Below are positions 37,043 to 46,733 of a DNA stretch of 64,000 nt, one piece after another. The notes under the pieces were generated by a model. The model was not told the origin of the DNA, did not search any database, and saw only the letters and a list, made by a program, of their open reading frames with translations. The DNA lies in IMG/VR virus record IMGVR_UViG_3300025869_002060, positions 124,001-188,000 of that record. One strand, 5' to 3'. The stretch's first letter is position 1. Every line of letters starts with the position of its first letter. The position numbers and the translations under genes were made by a program.

Positions 37043-38512
37043 ATGGATAACTTAACTGCAAAGCAGAATGACTATGCTGTCTTTCTTCCAGCTATTAGCG
37101 GATTTTATGCTACATTTATAGGTAAACAACGTAACGAACATTACGTTGAACCAGATCGTTTGTCCAAAGCAGGACTTGGTGATATGGAAGAACTTAATTG
37201 GCTAAACAGTCAAAAAGGTTTGTTTCCCTATCGTTGGAGTTTGTACTCCGGCGGACATGCTAACTTGGATTTGAACAAGCAAGACTGGTCCGAAGACATG
37301 GTTCGCAACAGAGAAGAAGGTACGTTGATACTTGGTGATAGTGGAGGTTTCCAAATTGCTAAAGGTCTCTGGGAAGGCGACTGGAAAGCAAACAGCGGTT
37401 GTGCTAAAGCTCAAAAGAAACGTGCGGCTATACTGACATGGCTAGATAATATCAGTGACTACGCAATGGCATTAGATATTCCGACTTGGGTTATTCATGA
37501 CGAGAAAGCATCTAAAGCATGTCAGATTAGTACATTGCAAGAAGCAGTTGATGCCACAAAGTATAACAATGAATACTTTATGAAACACCGTAAAGGTGTT
37601 AACAACGGTGGTGCAAAGTTTCTAAACGTATTGCAAGGTGCAAATCATGCTGATGCAGAACGTTGGTATGAAACAATGAAAGACTATTGTGATCCGGTTA
37701 AGTATCCTGATACACACTTTAATGGTTGGTCCATGGGTGGACAAAACATGTGTGATATACACTTGGTTCTTAAAAGGTTGGTTACATTGCGTTATGATAA
37801 CTTGTTGCAAGAAGGCATACATGATTGGATGCATTTTTTAGGTACAAGTAAACTGGAATGGGCAGTACTATTAACAGTACTACAACGAGCAGTTAGAAAA
37901 CATGTAAATCCTTCCTTTACAATCAGTTTTGATTGTGCAAGTCCTTTCTTAGCAACGGCAAATGGTCAGGTATATAGAGAAAATAAATTTACTCATAATG
38001 GCAAATGGAGTTATCTAATGAGTCCAACTGCTGATGATAAAAAATATGCAACAGACTCACGTAAATTAAGCGATGCGTTACTTGCAGATGGGTTTCATAC
38101 AGTATTTGAAGATTCGCCAATATCAGACCAATTAAAGATTTCTGATATATGCTATTACAAACCAGGTGATTTAAACAAAAACGGCAAAGAAGGTAAAACT
38201 AGTTGGGATAGTTTCAGTTATTGTTTATTAATGGGTCATAATGTTTACATGCACTTGACCGCAGTACAAGAAGCCAATAGAAGATTTGATGCAGGAGACC
38301 ATCCAGCGATGATGTGGAATCAAAAAGGTGATTATACATATTTTAAAGATATTGTTGATGCAGTATTTGAAGCACCCGACAAAGAAACTGCTATGGCAGT
38401 AATTGATATGTATGATAATTACTGGATGGATATTATTGGTACCCGTGGCTTTAAAGGTAAAAAGACAAAGAATGCAAACACAATGTTTGGAGAATTGTTT
38501 TCAGTTTCATAA
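37043..38512 (+). CDS. dpdA: tRNA-guanine transglycosylase-like DNA deazaguanine transglycosylase (DpdA family)
   Basis: LGDSGGFQ catalytic motif, ALDIP, NVLQG, GWSMGG, HFLG, SFDCAS; folE, queD and queE downstream. Confidence 0.8.
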   Translation: MDNLTAKQNDYAVFLPAISGFYATFIGKQRNEHYVEPDRLSKAGLGDMEELNWLNSQKGLFPYRWSLYSGGHANLDLNKQDWSEDMVRNREEGTLILGDSGGFQIAKGLWEGDWKANSGCAKAQKKRAAILTWLDNISDYAMALDIPTWVIHDEKASKACQISTLQEAVDATKYNNEYFMKHRKGVNNGGAKFLNVLQGANHADAERWYETMKDYCDPVKYPDTHFNGWSMGGQNMCDIHLVLKRLVTLRYDNLLQEGIHDWMHFLGTSKLEWAVLLTVLQRAVRKHVNPSFTISFDCASPFLATANGQVYRENKFTHNGKWSYLMSPTADDKKYATDSRKLSDALLADGFHTVFEDSPISDQLKISDICYYKPGDLNKNGKEGKTSWDSFSYCLLMGHNVYMHLTAVQEANRRFDAGDHPAMMWNQKGDYTYFKDIVDAVFEAPDKETAMAVIDMYDNYWMDIIGTRGFKGKKTKNANTMFGELFSVS

Positions 38513-38524
38513 AAGGAGAATAAC

Positions 38525-38719
38525 ATGAAAAAGAGTAAACTCGAACGACATTTAAAAAGTTTAAAAGAAACTCATAATTTGTTAAATACACAAGTAGATG
38601 AGATTATGTCAAAACCGTGTTATACTGACAATGGACGAGTTGGTGCATTGAAACTAAAGAAGTTACATGTTAAAGATCAAATCTCAACAATCGAACGTGA
38701 GCTCGAAAACCTCATATGA
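38525..38719 (+). CDS. DUF465/YdcH-like small coiled-coil protein
   Basis: LKETHNLLNTQVDEI...LKLKKLHVKDQI pattern. Confidence 0.6.
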   Translation: MKKSKLERHLKSLKETHNLLNTQVDEIMSKPCYTDNGRVGALKLKKLHVKDQISTIERELENLI

Positions 38720-38745
38720 TACTTTAGGTAGATGAAGGAAATAAG

Positions 38746-39207
38746 GTGAAAAGACAGTTGCTATACTGGTGGTTGCTAAACGTTATAACCATTGCAGTTA
38801 TATATATTATACACGATTTTGGAGTATTAACTCAGTTATACACCAACGATAAAACGTTTATTACATATTTAATAACAACATTATTAATTATGTCTACTAT
38901 ATCTGTTGGAGCCAAGTACTGGCGAAGCAGTATAACTGGATTTGAAGCAGACTATAGAAAGGAAGAGTATGTAAGTAGCATTGCTATTACTCTTGGTATG
39001 ATTGGAACTATTATTGGTTTTATGATTATGTTATCGGGGTCTCTAGGAAACATTGAGATCAACGATGTACAATCAGTTAAAAGATTGTTAAGCGGACTTA
39101 CCCAAGGTCTCTTTACAGCTCTTAATACCACATTGCTTGGTTTAATCACTAGTCTGCATTTAAGAACTCAGTTTGTTATCTTGGGTGCAGATGATCATGA
39201 AGACTAA
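38746..39207 (+). CDS. MotA/TolQ/ExbB proton-channel family protein
   Basis: LGMIGTIIG...GLFTALNTTLLGL TM motifs. Confidence 0.75.
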   Translation: MKRQLLYWWLLNVITIAVIYIIHDFGVLTQLYTNDKTFITYLITTLLIMSTISVGAKYWRSSITGFEADYRKEEYVSSIAITLGMIGTIIGFMIMLSGSLGNIEINDVQSVKRLLSGLTQGLFTALNTTLLGLITSLHLRTQFVILGADDHED

Positions 39208-39823
39208 ATCAAATCCATTAGAATTTGTTGACTTTCTATTCATTCTACTGCTAACCTTTATTAGTCTGTATATACTAACACTTATACTAATCAATCCAGT
39301 AGCAAAACAAAGCGAAGTTAAACAGAAAGCTGAATTTTTAATTATACTTGATTGGGCGGCAAATGCCAATACGGATATTGATCTCTGGGTACAGGATCCA
39401 GCTGGTAATATAGTGAGCTTTCGTGCAAAGCAAGCCGGAACCATGCACTTGGATAAAGATGACATGGGAAAAGTAACTGATGTATATACCAAAGCTGATG
39501 GTCAAGTGCAAGTGGTTAACATCAACCAAGAAATAGTAACAATACGCGGAGTGCCGGCCGGAGAGTTTCTTGTTAATTTACACTTGTATAGACTTGAAGG
39601 TGAACCTGAAAAGATGTATCCAATCAATGTACAAGTTATTAAATTAAATCCTTTTAAAAAAGCATTTGAAGGTAGGCTGATGCTAACTAAGCAAGGCGAA
39701 GAAGTAACTGTAACACGTTTTACAGTTAGTGTTGAAGGCGACATTGTTGAATTAGATGACACTCCGGCTAGATTTATTAATACATCAATTTATGATGTTC
39801 CACAACCTGGAGATTATAAATGA
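39191..39823 (+). CDS. ExbD/MotB-like single-pass protein with atypical extracytoplasmic domain
   Basis: FVDFLFILLLTF (TM Asp), then DIDLWVQDP...HLDKDD...NQEIV. Confidence 0.6.
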   Translation: MIMKTKSNPLEFVDFLFILLLTFISLYILTLILINPVAKQSEVKQKAEFLIILDWAANANTDIDLWVQDPAGNIVSFRAKQAGTMHLDKDDMGKVTDVYTKADGQVQVVNINQEIVTIRGVPAGEFLVNLHLYRLEGEPEKMYPINVQVIKLNPFKKAFEGRLMLTKQGEEVTVTRFTVSVEGDIVELDDTPARFINTSIYDVPQPGDYK

Positions 39824-40371
39824 TAGATGTACTGTTTGAAAATATTAATATATGGATGTTATACGGACTTGTAATTGTATTCTTTATTATTTCGTTGGTG
39901 ATGTTAATAAAGTTAAAGGTGCGTGGATTGTTTTTTGTGATTCCTGTTGTTGTTTTCTTTGTAACAAGTGGAGTATACACATACCAAAGCATACTTGGTC
40001 AACCAACAACAAGAGTGTTACCAGAAGAGTTTAATGTAATTTCGTATATTGCTGACGAAGGCAATAAGAAAATTTATCTATGGATTCGTGAAAACGATAA
40101 ACCATTTCCAATGAACTATGTTATACCTTATGAACGCCCATTGCATAAAAAATTACACAAGAAGTCTGAAGAGGTTGGAAAATCTAAAGGGGCCAAGGGT
40201 TTAAAAGGAAAAAGAAAGATTATGCCAGATAACAAATTTGGCATAGATATCCAAGTATACAAATTTGTTGATCAAAAAAGAATCACCAAAGAAGGTAATA
40301 CTTTGGAACCAAACAGTGGTGGAGAAATCAAAGAATCCAAGAAAGCAGATCCACCAACAACATACAAGTAG
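39820..40371 (+). CDS. Membrane protein, third gene of the ExbB/ExbD-like triad
   Basis: Two N-terminal TM segments, basic soluble domain; ATGA overlap. Confidence 0.65.
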   Translation: MIDVLFENINIWMLYGLVIVFFIISLVMLIKLKVRGLFFVIPVVVFFVTSGVYTYQSILGQPTTRVLPEEFNVISYIADEGNKKIYLWIRENDKPFPMNYVIPYERPLHKKLHKKSEEVGKSKGAKGLKGKRKIMPDNKFGIDIQVYKFVDQKRITKEGNTLEPNSGGEIKESKKADPPTTYK

Positions 40372-40380
40372 GAGGCTACT

Positions 40381-40716
40381 ATGAAGAAAACACTTGCCAC
40401 AGTTGCATTAGTTGGCACCTTGATGATATCAAGTACTGCTCAAGCTGGAGATAGAAACAACTGGATTGCTCCATTTGTAATTGGAACTATTATTGGCAAC
40501 ATACTGCACAATAATCAAGGACATACTACAACTTATGTTCAACCACATGTTACATATGTACAGCCGCCAGTGATACACGAAGTTAGGCCAGTTAGAAGAC
40601 ATGTACGTTGTGAGCGACACTGGGAAACTAGATATGATAGTTACGGTCATCCTTACCAAAGTTGGTATAAGGTTTGCACTCGTAACCACCGCAGACACAG
40701 TCATAGATACGATTAA
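40381..40716 (+). CDS. Secreted protein with glycine-zipper-like segment
   Basis: Signal peptide ending AQA, VIGTIIGNIL, Tyr/His/Arg-rich tail. Confidence 0.65.
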   Translation: MKKTLATVALVGTLMISSTAQAGDRNNWIAPFVIGTIIGNILHNNQGHTTTYVQPHVTYVQPPVIHEVRPVRRHVRCERHWETRYDSYGHPYQSWYKVCTRNHRRHSHRYD

Positions 40717-40730
40717 AAGGACTGCAATAA

Positions 40731-41048
40731 ATGTATCGACCATTGCCAGACGGACTAACTATCCGTGATTCAAATGTACAAGGTCTTGGACTCTTTGCTA
40801 CACAAGACTTTGTTGAAGATACGGTTTTTGGTATTGTACATATCAAAAACAAAAACTTTCCTCATGGTTATATAAGGACCGCATTAGGTGCTTTCTATAA
40901 CCATTCCGAGGAACCTAATTGCAAAACTGTAAAAGGATTCTGGCATCAAGTTCCTGTTGTATACCTTATGAGTACTAGCCCTATTCATGCCAATGACGAA
41001 CTTACTGCAAAATATACTTTATACAACGATTTTAACGACATACCGTAA
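40731..41048 (+). CDS. Minimal SET-domain protein (putative lysine methyltransferase)
   Basis: GLGLFA, FYNHSEEPNC, DELTAKY. Confidence 0.8.
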   Translation: MYRPLPDGLTIRDSNVQGLGLFATQDFVEDTVFGIVHIKNKNFPHGYIRTALGAFYNHSEEPNCKTVKGFWHQVPVVYLMSTSPIHANDELTAKYTLYNDFNDIP

Positions 41049-41135
41049 AAAATATTATTTTGGTTATCTAAATTGTAGACCTAAATAGGTTTATATGCTA
41101 TAGTATATAAACAATCAACTTAAAGGTTTAGATGC

Positions 41136-41765
41136 ATGGACGACGAAGCACTTATTAAATCTGTCAGGGTTACTGATAGGTCTGACAGCGATTTTATGGT
41201 GGGTAGAGAGATTGAACATACTCCAGCCTACAATATGCAAACTTTGTTTTTGCCTAAAATATATCCAGTTAAATTTATTATGTCGGTTAAACCAAAACAT
41301 TGTACACACCTTTACTTTGGTGCAAACAAAGGTTTTCCAGAAACTGTTGACTCTAAAGAGTTCAAGATATGGGAACTGACTGTACTTGCTTTTCTTAAGA
41401 AAGGCTTCTGGTGTACACTAGATTTTCAACCACACCATTGGAACTTGGTTATGAATTCCAAACTTATCAACGAACCGCGTTTTATTCCGTTGGTGTCTTT
41501 GGAAGTACCCGGAATTGAACGTGCAAATTATAATACTTGTATCAAACTTGACGACACAGGTATTGAAGCAACCAATGGTGGTGTATGGGTGCATGAACTT
41601 CACAACTTACGTACACGTGAAACATTTACACGTTGGGACGAATACCGAGGTGATAAGCATCATAAATTTTTAACTCAAGGTGTTAATGATCGTAAACGTG
41701 TTTATGGATTATGCATGGAAGACGATGTAATTAAAAACAAATCTACAAAGGAAGATGAACAATGA
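41136..41765 (+). CDS. Conserved phage hypothetical protein, upstream of the QueD-like gene
   Basis: GREIEHTPAY, HLYFGAN, IKLDD...TNGGVWVH; ATGA-coupled to 41762. Confidence 0.75.
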   Translation: MDDEALIKSVRVTDRSDSDFMVGREIEHTPAYNMQTLFLPKIYPVKFIMSVKPKHCTHLYFGANKGFPETVDSKEFKIWELTVLAFLKKGFWCTLDFQPHHWNLVMNSKLINEPRFIPLVSLEVPGIERANYNTCIKLDDTGIEATNGGVWVHELHNLRTRETFTRWDEYRGDKHHKFLTQGVNDRKRVYGLCMEDDVIKNKSTKEDEQ

Positions 41766-42196
41766 GCGCCAATGATAACATAGTCAGCTTAACTGGAAAA
41801 GGTATGGATAAGTCCAGCGAAGTTATTGGATTAGCAAAAAGAATGATTTGGGTTACTTTTACCAAAGAAGGTATGCATTGTTATCCTGCCGCGGCAACTG
41901 ATCCTAACCTTGCCACTGGTGATGAATATGATGTAAGTTTTCTTGCTCACCCACACAGACATATCTTTCATTTTCGTGTAGCTATTGAAGTATTTCATGA
42001 CGATAGAGATATTGAATTCATTCAGTTTAAACGTTGGTTAATGAAACTGTTTGAAGGCGAACTAAACGTAGACTATAAGTCATGTGAGATGATTGCAGAT
42101 GACTTATACAGAGAAATTGCAACCATTTATCCAGGACGTGATGTTACTATTCATGTGTCTGAAGATGGTGAAAATGGTTGCGAAATTCAGTATTAG
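41762..42196 (+). CDS. QueD-like T-fold protein (candidate DpdL-type CDG decarboxylase)
   Basis: EGMHCYP, FLAHPHRHIFHF (LxxxHRHxF), DRDIEFI, KSCEMIA, VSEDGENG. Confidence 0.6.
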   Translation: MSANDNIVSLTGKGMDKSSEVIGLAKRMIWVTFTKEGMHCYPAAATDPNLATGDEYDVSFLAHPHRHIFHFRVAIEVFHDDRDIEFIQFKRWLMKLFEGELNVDYKSCEMIADDLYREIATIYPGRDVTIHVSEDGENGCEIQY

Positions 42197-42200
42197 ACAC

Positions 42201-42229
42201 TTGACAAACTTGCTAGAACATATTACAAT
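42201..42229 (+). promoter_or_regulatory. Sigma70-type promoter for the glycosyltransferase-galE-degT operon
   Basis: TTGACA-17 bp-TACAAT. Confidence 0.75.
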
Positions 42230-42273
42230 AATGAACTTCAACTTACTTACACTCCAAAAGAAGGAACAAAACA

Positions 42274-42513
42274 ATGAAGTCCGAAGTCACAGCAATATTC
42301 GACGATCTCGATCAATACCGTCAGTTTTGTGTGCAGTTTGGGAGGCCCTATAATGAACGGGATCTCTACAATAAGTCCAACAATCACTATGTTGATTTTT
42401 TGGCATTCAAGGAAGGCAAACGAATTCGTAACCACTGGAATAGCCAGTCCAAGAAGAAGCGACCGTTTGTGAAAAAGAGCAATTATAAAATGGCCAAGAG
42501 GAAACATGCGTAA
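42274..42513 (+). CDS. Small hypothetical protein
   Basis: 79 aa; AAGGA SD. Confidence 0.7.
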   Translation: MKSEVTAIFDDLDQYRQFCVQFGRPYNERDLYNKSNNHYVDFLAFKEGKRIRNHWNSQSKKKRPFVKKSNYKMAKRKHA

Positions 42514-43687
42514 ATTATTCTATATGGGTTTAGAACCCTACGAAGGTCGATACACTTTACAACTTCAAGATTGGAGCACTGAAGTGTTCGACCGCCGGGG
42601 GATTGACTATGTTGTCGTTCCCGGAACTACAATAGATGACACTAAAGCAATTAGTGTTGGGCAAGTACTAGATGCACATGGTCGTTCATACTTTGGTATG
42701 AGTCAGTTGATGAACCTGGTACAGATGATGCGAAATGGAGAATGTACTGGTGAAGATGTTGTATTCTTTGAAGACATGTTTCAGCCTGGTATGGAATCAT
42801 TACCTTATATCATGTGTCAGATACCAGAAGAGCAACGACCTAAGATTTTTCTACGTTGTTTAGCCCAGGCAATTGACCCAGATGACTTTGTTCATGTATG
42901 GGGTATGAGCAAGTGGATGTCATTGTACGAACAGATGTGCAACGAAATTCCTAATGTTCATATTCTAGCAACCAATGAAGAGATGGTTGCACACATGAAG
43001 ATTGCAAACTGGACTGCTCCAATTTATAACATCTCAGGTTTGAGTTTTGGTAAAGCAGAAGTTCAAAGACGTATTGATAACAAAATTAAACCGTGGACAG
43101 AACGTAGCGACAGAGTAGTATTTGCGGCTCGCTTTGACCAAGAGAAGCAACCAGACTTCTTTATGGATGTTATTGAAATGGTCAAAGAGAAAAGGCCTGA
43201 TGTTGAGTTTGCAGTACTAAGTGGTGGTCCATTGCGTAGTAATAATGAAAAGTATTTGGATCGAGCACTTGCAATGCAGGCTGAAGGTAAACTTACAATA
43301 CTGAAATACTTGCAAAAGAATGATTACTACTATACAGTAAATGATAGCAAAGTATTGTTTAATTGTGCATTGCAAGACTGGGTAAGCAATACTGTAAGTG
43401 AAGCAGATGCATTGGGTTGTAACGTGGTGTATCCTGCTTACAGAAGTTTTCCTGAAACGTTTGCAAATGATTATACACGTCTGTATACTCCGTGGAGCAA
43501 AGAAGATGCAGTAAGTAAAATCATGCAAGGTCTTTTGGAACCAAGTCCTAATATGGGTAAAATCAGTAACTGGACTGATGGTACTATTGATCGTATGATT
43601 GATATTATGGAAGGCAGTTACAAACACAATACTTGGTTACGAAGTGGTAACAGGTATCGTGATCATGTAGCGGAAGGGAAATACTAA
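42506..43687 (+). CDS. GT-B glycosyltransferase (GT4-like)
   Basis: VVFAARFDQEKQPDFF, FNCALQDWVSNTVSEADALGC, YRSFPE. Confidence 0.8.
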   Translation: MRKLFYMGLEPYEGRYTLQLQDWSTEVFDRRGIDYVVVPGTTIDDTKAISVGQVLDAHGRSYFGMSQLMNLVQMMRNGECTGEDVVFFEDMFQPGMESLPYIMCQIPEEQRPKIFLRCLAQAIDPDDFVHVWGMSKWMSLYEQMCNEIPNVHILATNEEMVAHMKIANWTAPIYNISGLSFGKAEVQRRIDNKIKPWTERSDRVVFAARFDQEKQPDFFMDVIEMVKEKRPDVEFAVLSGGPLRSNNEKYLDRALAMQAEGKLTILKYLQKNDYYYTVNDSKVLFNCALQDWVSNTVSEADALGCNVVYPAYRSFPETFANDYTRLYTPWSKEDAVSKIMQGLLEPSPNMGKISNWTDGTIDRMIDIMEGSYKHNTWLRSGNRYRDHVAEGKY

Positions 43688-43688
43688 G

Positions 43689-44687
43689 ATGCCTGAAAAC
43701 ACCGTATTAATTACCGGCAGTGATGGCTACGTTGGTAGCCATGTTGCTAAAGCATTTAAAGATATCAGTTGGTATGTGTGCGGTTTAGATCGCACTGGTG
43801 CAAATGAAAATGCACGTTCATACTGTAACGAGTTTTTACGTGCTGATTACGGTGAGAGTAAGGTCGTTGGAAAGTATATTGAAACTATCAAACCAGATGT
43901 TATTGTACATTGTGCTGGTACTAGTCTAGTAGGTCCAAGTGTTACAGATCCGCATGCCTACTATCAGAACAATGTACTTGGTACAATCAATTTATTAGAC
44001 AATATAATTAACGTACAAAAAGATAATTTACCTGTTGTGCTTTTTAGTAGTTCAGCAAGTGTTTATGGCAATCCCGAACAACTTCCAATCACAGAAGATA
44101 GCAAGATCAATCCTGTAAACCCATATGGTAATACAAAGTCAATAATTGAAACCATGCTCAAAGACTATGCTAGTGCATACGGATTGAACAGTGTATCATT
44201 TCGTTTCTTTAATGCCGCTGGTGCCAGTGAAGATCTTGGTCAAGTGTTTGGTGCTACTCATATTATTGCTCGCATACTTGAAGCCAAGTTACGCCAACGA
44301 CAGTTTACTTTGTATGGTACAGATTATAAAACTGAAGATGGTACTTGTGTTAGAGATTATGTACACGTAAAAGATATTGCTCAGGCACACCTAAACGCCG
44401 TTACAAAATACACAGCCGTTGGTGCCAATGCATTTAATCTTGGCACTAGCAAAGGATTCAGTAACCAAGAGATTATTGATGCGGTGGTAGAACAAATTGG
44501 CGAATTCGAAGTAGAAAAAGGACCACGCAGAGAAGGTGATCCAGATATGCTAATAGCCAGCAGTGATAAAGCAAAAACACAACTAGGTTGGGATCCAGTA
44601 AATAGTAACTTAGACACAATTATCAATGACGTATGGGCTTGGTATAACGTACTACTAGAGAAACAAAAAGAGCAAGAACAGGCATGA
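43689..44687 (+). CDS. galE: UDP-glucose 4-epimerase
   Basis: GSDGYVGS, FSSSASVYG, YGNTK (YxxxK), FRFFNAAGA, DGTCVRDYVHV, RREGDP. Confidence 0.9.
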   Translation: MPENTVLITGSDGYVGSHVAKAFKDISWYVCGLDRTGANENARSYCNEFLRADYGESKVVGKYIETIKPDVIVHCAGTSLVGPSVTDPHAYYQNNVLGTINLLDNIINVQKDNLPVVLFSSSASVYGNPEQLPITEDSKINPVNPYGNTKSIIETMLKDYASAYGLNSVSFRFFNAAGASEDLGQVFGATHIIARILEAKLRQRQFTLYGTDYKTEDGTCVRDYVHVKDIAQAHLNAVTKYTAVGANAFNLGTSKGFSNQEIIDAVVEQIGEFEVEKGPRREGDPDMLIASSDKAKTQLGWDPVNSNLDTIINDVWAWYNVLLEKQKEQEQA

Positions 44688-45277
44688 GTTTTAGTCATAT
44701 ACAGGAGTTTGAGGAGCAATTAGCACTATATACTGGTGCCAAGTGGGCCGTAATGACAGACACCTGTACCAATGCATTAGAACTATGTTTTAGGTACGAT
44801 GAAGTTAAAGAATGCCAGTTTAGTGCATATACCTACCTAAGCATTTATCAGTTATTACATAGATTGGATATCTCTTATACACTTACAGAAGAAGTATGGA
44901 GAGGCCAATATCATTTTGAAAATACCCGTATTTGGGATAGTGCAAGATTACTTAAAAAGAATATGTATCAACCAGGACAATTACAATGTTTAAGTTTTGG
45001 TTATGACAAACCCTTATATCTCGGTTGGGGTGGTGCGATCCTAACCGACGACCCGGCGTTCTACAAACATACGATTCAGCAACGTTATGACGGGCGGAAC
45101 CTCTCAGTTACTCCATGGGAAACAGAAATACTTCCACGTATTGCATTCCATATGAGACCTACCCCTGAGATTGCACTAGATGGACTAGAACGATTAAGGA
45201 CCGGAGATATAAGTAAACTTCCACCAAAGGCCGCTGACGAATTATATCCAAATGGAAAAGATATAAAATGGAAATAA
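44684..45277 (+). CDS. Short DegT/DnrJ/EryC1/StrS-family PLP protein
   Basis: EFEEQLALYTGAKWAVMTDTCTNALEL, WDSA, CLSFGYDKPLYLGWGGAILTDD; only 197 aa. Confidence 0.75.
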   Translation: MSFSHIQEFEEQLALYTGAKWAVMTDTCTNALELCFRYDEVKECQFSAYTYLSIYQLLHRLDISYTLTEEVWRGQYHFENTRIWDSARLLKKNMYQPGQLQCLSFGYDKPLYLGWGGAILTDDPAFYKHTIQQRYDGRNLSVTPWETEILPRIAFHMRPTPEIALDGLERLRTGDISKLPPKAADELYPNGKDIKWK

Positions 45278-45293
45278 AACCTAATATTACTAC

Positions 45294-45322
45294 TTGACAA
45301 TAACTCTAAATAAAGGTATAAT
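45294..45322 (+). promoter_or_regulatory. Consensus sigma70 promoter upstream of the folE operon
   Basis: TTGACA-17 bp-TATAAT. Confidence 0.85.
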
Positions 45323-45328
45323 AAGAAG

Positions 45329-45535
45329 ATGATAGACATTTATGCATTAATTATAGTATGTTCAATTGGACAACCATGTTACGAAGTAAGAGATAGAGTA
45401 GAAGAGTATACTACCATATCCGAATGTAAAAGTTCTATCGGACGATTAAAAAGGTTATATAATAGTACGATGGTTACCTGTCATAGAGGTAACATCTTAA
45501 GAGACAATCACGGACAACTACCAAAGTCCGCATAA
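45329..45535 (+). CDS. Small hypothetical protein
   Basis: 68 aa ORF right after the promoter. Confidence 0.5.
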   Translation: MIDIYALIIVCSIGQPCYEVRDRVEEYTTISECKSSIGRLKRLYNSTMVTCHRGNILRDNHGQLPKSA

Positions 45536-45573
45536 TAAATGGCAATCCTCTGCCTTAACATCGGAGATTTTAA

Positions 45574-46272
45574 ATGAGTGAACTAATATCTAAAATTATC
45601 ACAGATCGTGTAAAAGAATCAGGCGACCGCTACTGGGCTGGTGATAATATTTCTAAACATATCCATAACGAATACGAAAAACAAGATTTAATTAATGAAA
45701 TTGCAGTAGCATTTGAAGATGTTCTTGATGCATTGGTTATTGATAGATTCAATGACCCTAACAGTATGGATACTGCAAGACGTCTTGCTAAAATGTATAT
45801 TAATGAAGTTATGAGTGGCAGGTACGACCCAATGCCTAAGGCAACAGCCTTTCCTAATCATGTAGATGATGGATACAAAGGTATGTTGGTTGTACGTTCA
45901 GAACTTAAAAGTATGTGTTCGCATCATCATCAACCAGTAAGCGGTGTTGCATACATTGGTATTATTGCCGCAGAAACACTAATTGGTCTTAGCAAGTATA
46001 CACGTATTGCTCAATGGTGTGCAAGGCGAGGTACACTACAAGAAGAACTTAATAATGTTATTGCTAACGAGATTCAAAAAGCAACAGGTAGTCCTAACAT
46101 AGGTGTTTACGTTCAGGCCACTCATGGTTGTTGCGAAAACAGAGGCATTATGGCACATAGTAGTTTAACACAAACAACTGTACTTAGAGGTGCATTTAGT
46201 GATGATCCAGGCACTAAGAAAGAGTTTATGGATAACATTAAACTGCAACAAGAGTTTGCTTGTGGAAAATAA
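45574..46272 (+). CDS. folE: GTP cyclohydrolase I
   Basis: SMCSHHHQP, IGLSKYTRI, ARRGTLQE, HGCCENRG. Confidence 0.95.
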   Translation: MSELISKIITDRVKESGDRYWAGDNISKHIHNEYEKQDLINEIAVAFEDVLDALVIDRFNDPNSMDTARRLAKMYINEVMSGRYDPMPKATAFPNHVDDGYKGMLVVRSELKSMCSHHHQPVSGVAYIGIIAAETLIGLSKYTRIAQWCARRGTLQEELNNVIANEIQKATGSPNIGVYVQATHGCCENRGIMAHSSLTQTTVLRGAFSDDPGTKKEFMDNIKLQQEFACGK

Positions 46273-46304
46273 AGAGCACAGTTTTTGGTGCTAGAAAGGA
46301 AGTT

Positions 46305-46733
46305 ATGTTTTTAAAGTTACTTGATCGATTAGGTCGAAAAAGAATTGTTTACGATAGGTTGGATGACGAGCCTTATCTTGAACGTTACTATGTGTTTATT
46401 AAAGAAAGAAAACACTTTCCTTTCAATATTTTCCTACACAAATTTCTTAAAAGCGATCCAGATGATTTACACGATCATCCTTGGGGATATGCTACACTTA
46501 TTCTTAAAGGTGGATATTGGGAGCATACCCCCGACGGAAAGTTTTGGAGAGGTCCCGGACATTTTAGAATGTGCAAGTCCAACAATACACACAGAATTGA
46601 ACTAGACCCTGATGTTCAAGCCTGGACATTGTTTATGCCCGGACCACAAAGGAAAGACTGGGGATTTATCAAAGACGGTAAATGGATTCAACACGAAAAA
46701 TATCTTTCATCTAGAAAAATGTTAAAGGAATGA
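46305..46733 (+). CDS. Cupin-fold protein
   Basis: FLHKFLKSDPDDLHDHPW...GGYWE...HRIEL; ATG 46305 after AAGGA. Confidence 0.7.
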   Translation: MFLKLLDRLGRKRIVYDRLDDEPYLERYYVFIKERKHFPFNIFLHKFLKSDPDDLHDHPWGYATLILKGGYWEHTPDGKFWRGPGHFRMCKSNNTHRIELDPDVQAWTLFMPGPQRKDWGFIKDGKWIQHEKYLSSRKMLKE

